Below are positions 13,740-24,096 of a stretch of DNA of 64,000 nucleotides, piece after piece. The notes under the pieces were generated by a model. It was not told the origin of the DNA and made no database searches. It saw only the letters and a program-made list of their open reading frames with translations. Source of the stretch: Torpedo marmorata (taxonomy: Eukaryota). Within the stretch, counting starts at the first letter, position 1; every line of letters begins with the position of its first letter. A program made the position numbers and the translations under genes. The stretch lies in the NCBI GenBank assembly GCA_977017645.1, contig OZ360225.1, positions 154,256,001 through 154,320,000 on the forward strand, written 5' to 3'.

Positions 13740-14948
13740 GAATCAGAATCAGAATTTATTGTCATTAACAAGTCACGAAATTTGGTGTTTTGCGGCAGCA
13801 TCATAGTGCAAACATTCATATAAACCACTTTTACAACAATAAATTTAAAAAGATAGTGCACGAAAAGTAAGGCAGTGTTTTTGGTTCATTGATTATTCAG
13901 GAATTTGATGGCAGCGGGGAAGAAGCTGTCCTTGTGCCGCTGAGTGCTCATCTTTAGGCTCCTGTACCTTTTTCCCAATGGTAGCAGAGTGAAGAGGGCA
14001 TGGCCTGGGAGGTGGGAGTCTTTGAGGATAGAGGCTGCTTTATTAAGACACCGCCTCTTGTAGATGCCCTCGATGGAGTGAAGTCTGGTGCCTGTGATGT
14101 CGCAGGCCGAGTTAACAACCCTCTGGAGTTTACTCTTGTCCTAAGAGTTGGCGCCTCCATACCAGACAGTGATGCAACCAGCCAGAATGCTCTCCACGGT
14201 ACACCTGTAGAAGTTTTCAAGAGTCTTCAGTGACATACCAAATCTCCTCAAACACCTCACAAAGTATAGCCGGTGGCGAGCCTTCTTCATGATTGCCTCG
14301 ACGTGGAGGCTCCAGGACAGATCCTCGGAGATGTTAAAACCCAGGAATTTGAAGTTCTTGACCCTCTCCACTACTGAGCCCTTGATGAGGACTGGGTTGT
14401 GTTCCCCTGACTTCCTCCTGAAGTCCACAATCATCTCCTTGGTTTTGCTAATGTTGAGCGCAAGGTTGTTGGCATGACACGACTCAACGAGCTGATCTAT
14501 CTCCCTCCTGTATGCTTCTTCATTGCTGTTTGTGATTCTGCCGACAACTGTGGTGTCATCGGCAAATTTGTAGATAGCATTGGAATTGTGCCTGGCCACA
14601 CAGTCATGGGTGTATAATGAGTAGAGCAGTGGGCTAAGCATGCATCCTTGAGGTGCGCCTGTGTTGATAATCAGTGAGGAGGAGACATTGTTTCCAATTC
14701 ATACGTACTGCGGTCTTCCAATGAGGAAGTCAAGGATCCACTTGCAGAGGGGGGTGCAGAGGCCCAGAGTTTGGAGCTTCTTGACCAGCACTGGTGTTGA
14801 AGGCTGAGCTGCAGTCGATGAAGAGCAGCCGTATGTTTGAGTTGCTGTTTTTGAGGTGATCCAGAGCTGAGTGGAGAGCCAGCGATATTGCGTCTGCTGT
14901 GGAGAGATTGTGGCGATAGGTGATTGTGACGATAGGCGAAATGCAGTG
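13740..14948 (-). mobile_element. Rex1/Babar-type LINE 3' part
   Basis: ORF 14141-14641 ([13 protein letters not shown]...[10 protein letters not shown]); (ATTCTG)n tail at 13740. Confidence 0.92.
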
Positions 14949-15264
14949 TAACCAGGATAATGAGGTCCTTTATGACACTGGCTGCCTTCCTGAGGCAGTG
15001 CCTCATGTATAGATGTTTGATAGTATTCAATAATATGCCAAATCTCTATAGACTTCATAGAAAGTAGAGGGGTTGTGTGCTTTCTTCACGTTTGCCTCGA
15101 TGTGTTGGCAGAATCCCTGGAACTTGAAAGTACTAACCCTCTCCACTTCCATCCCATCAATGAGGACTAGTGCTTGATATCTTAGCCTCCCCTTCCTAAA
15201 ATCCGATAACACTCTCCCCTTCTTGGATCTCTCTGTCTCCATCTCGGGAGACAAGCTTTCCACC

Positions 15265-15498
15265 TGTGGTAAACCACTGTGTATGGATTGTGGGCTGGGT
15301 GATAAGTCTGGACATGCCCCTGCTGACTGTCCCGGTGGCTCCTCCCACAGATCCCCTTGATAAAGGCCATTGTGCCACTGCTCCTCCCCCAGTCCAGGAC
15401 AGATCATTAGCACGAATGTAGCTCCATTCTTTTGCTAATAAAAGCCTTTCAGTTCTTGTGTAACTTCGAGTCTTTTGGAGTTATTGATGGGCTCATCA
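15265..15498 (+). repeat. 5' LTR of Gypsy copy 1 (234 bp)
   Basis: TGTGGTAAACC...GCTCATCA; TATA-like motif near 15358; AATAAA at 15437-15442. Confidence 0.95.
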
Positions 15499-15499
15499 A

Positions 15500-15513
15500 T
15501 TTTATTAGCAAAA
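15500..15513 (+). promoter_or_regulatory. Non-tRNA primer-binding-site position, complementary to the element's own LTR
   Basis: TTTTATTAGCAAAA is the exact reverse complement of 15430-15443; no TGG-starting PBS; gag ATG follows at 15522. Confidence 0.75.
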
Positions 15514-15521
15514 TTGTAAAC

Positions 15522-16262
15522 ATGGAGAACATCTTGAGACCAGACAAACTGGACATCGACCCACAAACACCGGAAGCTGGCAATGCCTTCGAACTCTGGC
15601 TAGTCTGTTTTGAATCGTTCCTGGAGGAGATCAAAGTGCAAGAAGACGCCGCAAAACGCAAGGTCCTCCTCTCCAGGGTAAGCCCACGAGTCTACTCTAT
15701 GATCCGAGATCTACAGACTTATGAGGATGCGATGAATACACTTAAAAGACAGTACATACGGCCTGTAAATACCGTGTACGCAAGACACAGGCTAGCGACG
15801 CGGCAGCAGCGGCCCGGGGAGTCGAGCGCGGAGTTCGTACGGGCCCTACAAACACTCGTGCGGGCGTGCGACTGTCGGGGACTGACGGCTGAACAGCATG
15901 CAGAGCTCCTAGTGAGAGACGCTTTCGTTACGGGGACCAGGTCACTGTATGTGCGCCAGCGGCTGCTGGAACAAGCTGACCTTACCTTCCGTTCCGCGAT
16001 CGAACTGGCCGACACGCTGGAGGCCGTGCTACAGAACTCGGATGCTATCCAGGCGCGCGATCTCCAGCAGGCCCCGTGGATGCCGCCGACCCCCCACCAT
16101 GCCAGTGAATCGACCACTGCGGCCATCAGTCGCGAGCCCCAGAAATGCTATTTCTGCGGGCTTGAGAAGCACCCCCAGAAACGTTGCCCGGCCCGAGAAG
16201 CGACCTGCTCCAGCTGCGGGAAGAAAGGCCACTTCGCTAAGGTCTGTCGATCTAAACCGTGA
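15522..16262 (+). pseudogene. gag: Gypsy Gag with two CCHC-type zinc knuckles
   Basis: CYFCGLEKHPQKRC and CSSCGKKGHFAKVC; the terminal TGA is CGA in copy 2, so gag-pol was probably one ORF. Confidence 0.88.
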
Positions 16263-19200
16263 GCGGGATCGAGCAGCGCCGCGTGCGAGACGCGGGGTGG
16301 CCATTTTGTGTGTCGTCACTTCCGTCTCTGCCATCTTACCTACCCGCCGCCGCGGCCAACACGTGCAAGGTATGGGGGCGGCCATCTTGTGTTTCGTCAC
16401 TTCCATCGCCGCCATCTTACCTACCCGCCACCAACACTTGCGAGTCATGGGAGCGGCCATTTTGTTCCACGCCGACGAGTTGACACAGGGTGCCGCTATC
16501 CCGGGACAGCGGGCACTCCATCGCGACGTCGGATCAAGACAGTGACCCAACGTTGGCGTCAGTTACACTCGACCAGAGTGCACCCCACCAACTCGCGAGG
16601 TCGATGATGGACATTCTGGTCGAGGGACACAGGACAAACTGCCTGTTCGACACAGGCAGCACAGAGAGCTTCATCCACCCTGACACGGTACAGCGATGCG
16701 GCCTCACGACACAGCCGGTAAGCCAGAGGGTTGCCATGGCTTCCGGGTCGCACACAACAGACATCCGGGGGAGTTGTGTAGCAACGATAGTGGTACAGGG
16801 CACGGAATACCGGGACTTCACGCTATTGGTCATGCCCCGACTGTGTGCACCTGTACTAATAGAGCTCGACTTCCAGAGTCACCTCCAAAGTGTGACTATG
16901 GAGTATGACGGGCCCCTCCCACCGATTACTGTCAGTAATCACCAATTCCTTCAAAACAGCAAGAATATTTTGTCACCCCACACTACTTGCGGTCTATCCA
17001 CCCTCAAGATCCCGCCCCCATCGCTATTCGCCAACCTGACCCCTGATTGTAAACCTGTGGCAACCAAAAGCAGGAGATATAGCGCAGGGGACAGGGCATT
17101 CATTAAGTCAGAGGTGCAGCGGTTATTTGGGGAAGGGATCATCGAGGCGAGCACAAGTCCCTGGAGGGCCCAGGTGGTTGTCGTCAAGAACGGGGACAAA
17201 AACAGGATGGTGGTAGATTATAGTCAGACCGTCAATAGGTTCACGCAGCTTGACGCGTACCCTCTACCACGCATTGCAGATATGGTAAACCAGATAGCTC
17301 AGTACAAGCTCTTCTCCACCATAGACCTCAAATCTGCCTACCACCAGCTCCCCATTCGCCGGGAGGACTGCCCCTACACCGCCTTCGAGGCGGGCGGCAG
17401 ACTCTATAATTTCCTGCGCGTTCCCTTTGGGGTCACAAATGGGGTATCCGTCTTCCAGAGGGAGATGGACAGGATGGTGGACCAATACAAATTAAAAGCC
17501 ACTTTTCCATACTTAGATAACATCACCATCTGCGGTCACGACCGCCAGGACCACGGTAACAATCTTCGGAAGTTCCTCCAGGCGGCCAAAGCGCTTAACT
17601 TAACCTATAACAAGGATAAGTGCGTGTTCGGAACCACCCGATTCGCTATCCTGGGGTGTGTTGTGGTGAACGGGGTCATCGGCCCCGACCCCGACCGCAT
17701 GCGCCCCCTGTTGGAACTACCGCTTCCCCACACCCTCAGAGCCCTCAAAAGGTGCTTGGGCTTCTTTTCTTACTATGCTCAATGGGTCCCTAATTATGCG
17801 GACAAGGCCCGCCCCCTTTTCAAGTCCACCACTTTTCCCCTTGCAGCGGAGGCACGTGAGGCTTTCAGCCTCATAAAAGGGGATATTGCTAGAGCAGCAT
17901 TGCACGCGGTGGACGAGTCCACTCCCTTCCAAGTAGAGAGTGACGCGTCCAACTTCGCACTGGCTGCTACCCTCAACCAGGCGGGAAGACCAGTGGCGTT
18001 CTTCTACCGTACACTTCAAGGCCCAGAAATTCGGCACTCAGCAGTGGAGAAAGAGGCCCAAGCCATAGTGGAAACTATCAGGCACTGGAGGCACTACCTC
18101 ATCGGAAAAAGGTTTACCCTGCTGACTGACCAACGCTCAGTCACATTCATGTTCAGCAACCAGCAGCGGGGTAAAATCAAAAATGATAAAATCCTGAGGT
18201 GGAGAATCCAACTCTCCACCTACAACTACGATATAATGTACCGGCCCGGGAAGCTCAATGAGCCCTCCGACGCTCTATCCCGGGGGACGTACGCTAGCGC
18301 ACAGATCGACCGGTTATATGCCCTCCACTGTGACCTCTGCCACCCCGGAGTCACCAGGCTTTTTCACTTTGTGAAAGCCCGTAATCTACCGTACTCCCTG
18401 GAAGAGGTCAGGACGATGACCAGCAGCTGCCAAGTCTGCGCAGAGTGCAAACCGCACTTCTACCGTCCTGACAAGGCACAGTTGATAAAAGCAACCCGCC
18501 CATTTGAGCGACTCAGCGTCGACTTTAAGGGCCCCCTTCCCTCCACCGACCACAATGTGTACTTCCTCAACATTATTGATGAGTACTCGCGGTTCCCTTT
18601 CGCCATTCCCTGCATCGATACCACGACCACCTCAGTCATAAAGGCCCTCCGCAAACTCTTCACGTTGTTTGGATACCCCTGCTATATCCATAGCGACCGA
18701 GGGTCCTCATTTATGAGTGACGAGCTGCGACAATATCTGCTGGCCAAGGGTATCGTGACTAGCAGGACCACGAGCTATAACCCACAGGGTAATGGACAAG
18801 TGGAGAGGGAGAACGCCACGGTCTGGAAAGCCACACTCTTAGCCCTCAGGTCTAAGGGATTACCAGTCTCCCGTTGGCAAGAAGTCCTTCCCGAGGCACT
18901 CCACTCTATCCGATCCCTGCTATGTACATCCACCAATGCTACACCTCATGAGAGACTCTTTTCCTTCCCCAGGACGTCGACCACCGGGACTACCCTACCA
19001 GCATGGCTGATGTCCTCAGGGCCAGTGCTGCTCCGGAAACATGTCAGGAGCAATAATTATTATTACACGCGAACTCCCAGTACGCCTACGTGGTTTTTCC
19101 TGATGGGCGGGAAGACACGGTCTCCATCCGGGACCTGGCGCCCGCAGGAGCACTGGAACCCGCCGCTGCCCTCGAACACCCCGTAGTTACTCTTACCCCC

Positions 19201-19410
19201 TTACCTACCATTAAGGACACACAAGAGGCACCACCCAATTCAAACACGACACCACACGCACCAGCATATTCATCTGAGGTTTCGCCAGACGTGCCGGTAC
19301 CCCAGATCAGGCAGGAGGTAGCTCCGCCACCTGCCCCATCACCACCATCACCACAAGTACTGCGCCGATCACAGCAGCGGACTCGACCGCCTGATCGACT
19401 CGATTTGTAA
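16263..19410 (+). pseudogene. pol: Gypsy Pol (protease, RT, RNase H, integrase) with stops and a C-terminal frameshift
   Basis: LFDTGS; IDLKSAYHQ and YLDN; ESDASN and EKEA; HHCC; SVDFKG, HSDRG and VERE; ends RPPDRLDL. Confidence 0.93.
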
Positions 19411-19461
19411 TTTTAATCTCTTGTAAATATTGTTATACACTTCACCCCGCTGGACTCTTTT

Positions 19462-19477
19462 AAAAAGGAGGGGTGAA
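19462..19477 (+). promoter_or_regulatory. Polypurine tract
   Basis: AAAAAGGAGGGGTGAA immediately before the 3' LTR; same motif in copy 2. Confidence 0.85.
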
Positions 19478-19688
19478 TGTGGGCTGGGTGATAAGTCTGG
19501 ACATGCCCCTGCTGACTGTCCCGGTGGCTCCTCCCATAGATCCCCTTGAATAAGGGCCATTGTGCCACTGCTCCTCCCCCAGTCCGGGACAGATCATCAG
19601 CACGAATGTAGCTCCATTCTTTTGCTAATAAAAGCCTTTCAGTTCTTGTGTAACTTCTAGTCTTTTGGAGTTATTAATGGGCTCATCA
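19478..19688 (+). repeat. 3' LTR of Gypsy copy 1 (24-bp deletion at its start)
   Basis: Matches the 5' LTR with about 7 differences; deletion lies between two TGTGG repeats. Confidence 0.93.
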
Positions 19689-20752
19689 CCACCGATATTT
19701 ACTACAAACCCTCCAACTCCCACAACTATCTGGACTACACTTCCTCACACCCTGTCCCCTGCAAGGACTCCATTCCCTTCTCTCAATTTCTCCGCCTCCG
19801 CCACATCTGTTCCCAAGATGAGGTGTTCCACTCCAGATCTTCTGAAATGTCTGCCTTTTTCCACAAACGTGGCTTCCCCTCCACCACCATCAACTCAGCC
19901 CTCACCCGCATCTCCTCCATTTCCCGCTCATCTGCCCTGGCCCCCTCTGCCCCCAGACGCAACAAACATACAATCCCCCTCATCCTCACCTACCACCCAC
20001 CAGCCTCCGCATCCCAAACATTATCCACCGGAATTTCCGGAACTTACTACAGGATTCCACCACCAGACACATTTTTCCTTCTCCTCCCCTCTCGGCCTTC
20101 CGTAGGGACTGCTCCCTCCGCGATTCACTCGTGCACTCATCCCTCCCCATCCATCGCACCCCCTGCACCTTCCCCTGTGCCCGCAGGAGGTGCAACACTT
20201 GCGCCCACACCTCCCCCCTCACCACGGTCCAGGGCCCCAAACAGGCCTTCCAAGTGAAACTACACTTCACTTGTACATCCAGAGAACTTATTTACTGCAT
20301 CTTTGTGGCTTTCTCTACATCGGAGAGACCGGTCGTAGATTGGGAGACCGCTTTGCTGAGCACCTCCTCTCCGTCCGCAACAACAGCGACCTCCCGGTAG
20401 CCAACCATTTCAATTCCGGGTCACACTCCCACACTCACCTGTCTGTCCATGGCCTTATGTACTATCCCACCCAGACTACCCGCAAATTGGAGGAACAACA
20501 TCTCATTTTCCGTCTCGGCACTCTCCAGCCAGATGGCATTAACATTGACTTTTCTGCTTTCCACTAAACCTGCTTGTCATTCCCTTCCCCTCCCCCCTCA
20601 CCTGTCCTTCCTGTTTTTCTCCACCTACCCAGCCATCCCTCCTCCCCCTCTTTGCTGCTGTCCCCTCCCTCCTTTCTCCACCTATCATCTCCTGCCTTTG
20701 CCACCCCCCTTCCCCCCTCACTCTTTTGTTCGGACGCCTGCCGGCATTTTCT

Positions 20753-20793
20753 CATACTTTGATGAAGGGCTCAAGCCCGAAACGTCGGTTATG
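20753..20793 (+). ncRNA. Minimal hammerhead ribozyme (Penelope)
   Basis: CATACT-TTGATGA-A-GGGC(TCAA)GCCC-GAAAC-GTC-GGTTATG. Confidence 0.7.
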
Positions 20794-21463
20794 TATTTCT
20801 ACCTTTGCTACATAAAAGACACTGTTTGACCTGCTGAGTTTCTCCAGCATTTGTGTTTTTTACTTCAACCACAGTGTCTACAGATTTTCGTGTTTTACTT
20901 CTAAAATCCAGCTTGGTCTTGTTGACATTGAGAGCAAGATTGTCGTCCTGGCACCCCCCAACCAGATTCTTAATCTCCATCCAGTATTATAACTCATTAT
21001 TCCCCGTTATTCAGCCAATAACAAAGGTGTTGTCAGCAAATCTATAGATTGGTTGATCTAAGCTTGGCTATTCAGTCATGAGTGTACAGGGAATAGAGCA
21101 TGGGATTAAGCATTCAGCCTTGCAGTGCTACTGTGTTGGCAGAGTTGCTGTGGAGGTTGCAGTTTCTTCTGCCAGTGTTGCTGATACTGCCACTGGTGAT
21201 GGTCTGCCATTGATAATTCCTCTTCCAACAGCTCTGGTGTAGGTCAAAGATGGATATGTTTCCACACAATCTTGGGGCATCAGCTTTATCAATGACTTTG
21301 ATAGTTCACTTCCAGGATCATAAGTGGAATCTTACACATGCACTAATGTTCCTCCGCACCGTTCAGGCAATCATTTGTCATGGATTTGTAGTGTGGCCTT
21401 CTGTTTACTTTTGTATCAATCAAACATTGACTTCTTCCAGTCTTGCAGATGATTCATTTTGCT

Positions 21464-21725
21464 TGGGCGTCACGGTTGGCGTAGCAGTTAGCACAACGCC
21501 TTTACAGCGCCAGTGATCGGGACCGGGGTTCGAATCACGCGCTGTCGGTAAGGAGTTTCTACATTCTCCCTGTGTCTGCGTGGGTTTTCCCCGGGGGCTC
21601 CGGTTTCCTCCCACCATTTGAAACGTACCGGGGGTGTAGGTCAATTGGGTGTAAATTGGGCGGCATGGACTCGTGGGCCGAAATGGCCTGTTACCGAGTT
21701 GTATGTCTAAATTTTTTTTTAATTA
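21464..21725 (+). mobile_element. tRNA-derived SINE (V-SINE/HE1-like)
   Basis: TGGCGTAGCAGTTAG A-box-like, GGTTCGAATC B-box, conserved core. Confidence 0.88.
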
Positions 21726-21839
21726 AAATTGCCTTGTTCTGGCAAATCATGCAGAGTCACAGCATTTTTTAAAAATCTTTGTAGATGTCATACCAGAATC
21801 CAATGAATCTTGCCTCAGCTTGCATTTCTGTATACTCAC

Positions 21840-21892
21840 TTGGCTTATATATATCTCTCAAAGTAATTGTCCTTGCAGCTTTTGGGGTTACC
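21840..21892 (-). CDS. Candidate 53-bp host exon (VTPKAARTITLRDIYKP), gene not identified
   Basis: TTATTCTCCAG acceptor and GTGAGT donor in non-repeat DNA; only one frame open. Confidence 0.3.
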
Positions 21893-22209
21893 CTGGAGAA
21901 TAATATCTTCCAGTGAGCTGACCATTAGCATCATGTAAGAGGCTGTGTTAATTTAATCTATTCAGAGCACATGTATATCATTTTCTGAGAGCTTTCCCAA
22001 GAGTTACTTAACTTTTCAGGTGTTACGTTTACACCTGTATCTTTACATTGAAATCTTCTACCTCATGCTTCCCTTGTGGTCACTGTCGAGATATTGCATC
22101 TGGAGCATCTTTTCTTTACCCAGTTTGTATTTCAGGTTAAAGTCATTATTCTCAAACTTCAATGGGAATATTGCTATTTTGCTGGTAAAGCACATAGGTT
22201 TTTCTTGCA

Positions 22210-24095
22210 GATTAGTGTAAGTTAAGTTTAAGTTGATTTTCAAATTATATCAGGTACTGTGGGAAGTGTTCTTCCATGAACAGTCTAGCAGGTCAACTCT
22301 AACATTCATACAACCGTAAGAAGTACCAAGGCATAAGCCGTTACAGTGCATCAAGTTACATTAAAAATATCAATTAGTATAAACCAAGGGCAGCACGAGA
22401 GCAATGTTCAGTAGCCTGATGACTGTGGGGAAGAGAATGTTGTTAACTCTGCTGGTGCACGATTTCACTCTCTTGAACCTACCCACCGATGGGAGGAGGG
22501 GGAAGAGAGTGTGTCCAGAGAGTGATGGGTCCTTCAGTATATTGGCTGCTTTTCCTAGGCAGTGCGAGATGTAGATGGAGTCCACGGAAGGGGGGAAGTT
22601 TGTGTTATGTTCTGAGTAGCATTCAGTATGTTCTGTCGCTTTTTCTGAACTTGGGCAGAGCATCACCCATACTACACTGTGATGCATCCAGTATGTATGC
22701 TTTCGATGGAGCACCTGTAGAAATTGTTGAGGAACAAGGGGGATAAACTGAACCTCCTTGGTCTTCTAAGAAATTAGAGGTGTTGATGCACATATTTGAC
22801 CTCGTCAATGTGGTTGGTCCAGTTCAAGTCAATGGAAATGTTAATGTGTGGGAACTTGAAGCTATCTACTGACTCTACTTCATTGCATTGATATGGACAG
22901 GGGAGTGGGTTCTACTCTCTCACCTGAAATCTATGATCAGCCCCTTTTTTTACTCACATTGAGAGAGATGTCGTTCGTTATCTTGGCACCAGTCACTAGA
23001 CCCAATCTCCTTCTTCATTCTGTCTCATTTGATATCTGACCAATAACAGTGGAGTTGTCAAAGAATTTGAGGGTGGAGTTGGACCGGTGTTTGGCTGTAC
23101 AGTCGTGGGTATAGAGGGAGTAATGGTAGAGGGCTGAGTACGGAGATGATTGCAGTCTGTTAGGAAGTCAAGGATCCAGATGCAGTGGGGGTTGCTAAGG
23201 CCAAGATCTTGAAGATTGTGGATGAGTTTGCAGAGTATTATGGCATTGTAGGCAGATCTGTAGTCAATGAACTCTAATCCAAGTGTTCCAGGGGTGAGTG
23301 GAGAGGCAGGGAGATGGCATCTGCTGTGAACCTGTTTGGAGAGCAGGCAAGTTGAAGTGGGTCAAGAGTGGCTGGGAGGCAGGAGAAAATGTGAGCCATG
23401 ACCAGTCTCTCAAAGCACTTCATGATGTTAAATGTCAGCCCCCTTAGTTGGTAGTCTTTTAGGCCCATTATTGTACATTTCTTCGGTACAGGTATGATAG
23501 TGGCCTTCTTGAAACATGGCCTGTTGCAGGGAATGATTGAAGTTATTGATGAATACGCCCAACAGTTGATTTGGGCAGGATCTCAGGACATATCTGTGGT
23601 GGAACGCGGTACTGCGGGGATGTCTGGGCATGTCCGGACATGTCCTCACTGGCTCACCGGGCTAACCTGTAGCCCCTCCCCATTACATCCCCTAATAAAG
23701 GCTGAGAGCCCTAGTCTTCTCCCCTATACCTGCCTTGGAAGTGAGCCAGCAGCATGTAGAGGCATGCTCGAACTTTCTGATCAATAAAGCCTTTGATCAC
23801 TTTCTTCGCGTCTGTGAGTGGTCATTGATCACGCTACAATATCTGTGGGTTTACTCTATGGAAGCTGACTTGACTTTAGCAGCAGGAGCACACAAAGTAG
23901 TTGAGGTGGATGTCACTGCCTCGCGGGCTCCCTGTTCAAAGCAAACATAGAGCACCTCATGGTACCTGGCCTTGCGTGATAGCACACATGCTATATGATG
24001 TGCTCCTGGGACTCAAGCTCTTGGCTTCCCTGATGGCATTGTGAAGACCAGACTTATATTTATTGTAAAGGGCAGGGTCCCTCGATTTTAAATGC
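22210..24095 (-). mobile_element. Old degenerate Rex1-type LINE
   Basis: [21 protein letters not shown] and LDPLQ remnants. Confidence 0.75.
23595..23838 (+). mobile_element. Solo LTR (244 bp), probably distantly related to the Gypsy family
   Basis: TGTGGT...CTACA; 5-bp TSD ATATC (23590-23594, 23839-23843); TAATAAAGGC and AATAAAGCC motifs in the same order as in the Gypsy LTR. Confidence 0.85.
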
Positions 24096-24096
24096 C

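Larger units (their letters stand above)
15265..19688 (+). mobile_element. Gypsy LTR retrotransposon copy 1 (4424 bp; Mag-like two-knuckle Gag; PR-RT-RH-IN order)
   Basis: TG...CA LTRs, 5-bp TSD CCACC (15260-15264, 19689-19693), polypurine tract, gag and pol domains. Confidence 0.97.
15205..20900 (+). mobile_element. Penelope-like element interrupted by Gypsy copy 1
   Basis: TLPFLDLSVSISGDKLST at 15205-15264 continues as DIYYKPTNSH after 19693; GIY-YIG remnants; 9-bp TSD CTAAAATCC (15196-15204, 20901-20909). Confidence 0.92.
13560..21120 (-). mobile_element. Old Rex1-type LINE in three pieces (13560-13739, 14950-15204, 20901-21120), outermost layer of a nest
   Basis: Degenerate Rex1 coding pieces (HCLRKAASVIKD, VERVSTFKF, DDNLALNVNKTK) stay collinear across the insertions. 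Confidence 0.65.

Noticed and set aside
16260-16262. TGA after gag as a programmed readthrough site
   Set aside because: Copy 2 has CGA and reads through in frame, so this is most likely CpG decay
19090-19410. Separate env-like or accessory ORF in Gypsy
   Set aside because: It is the frameshifted integrase C-terminus; no signal peptide or transmembrane segment
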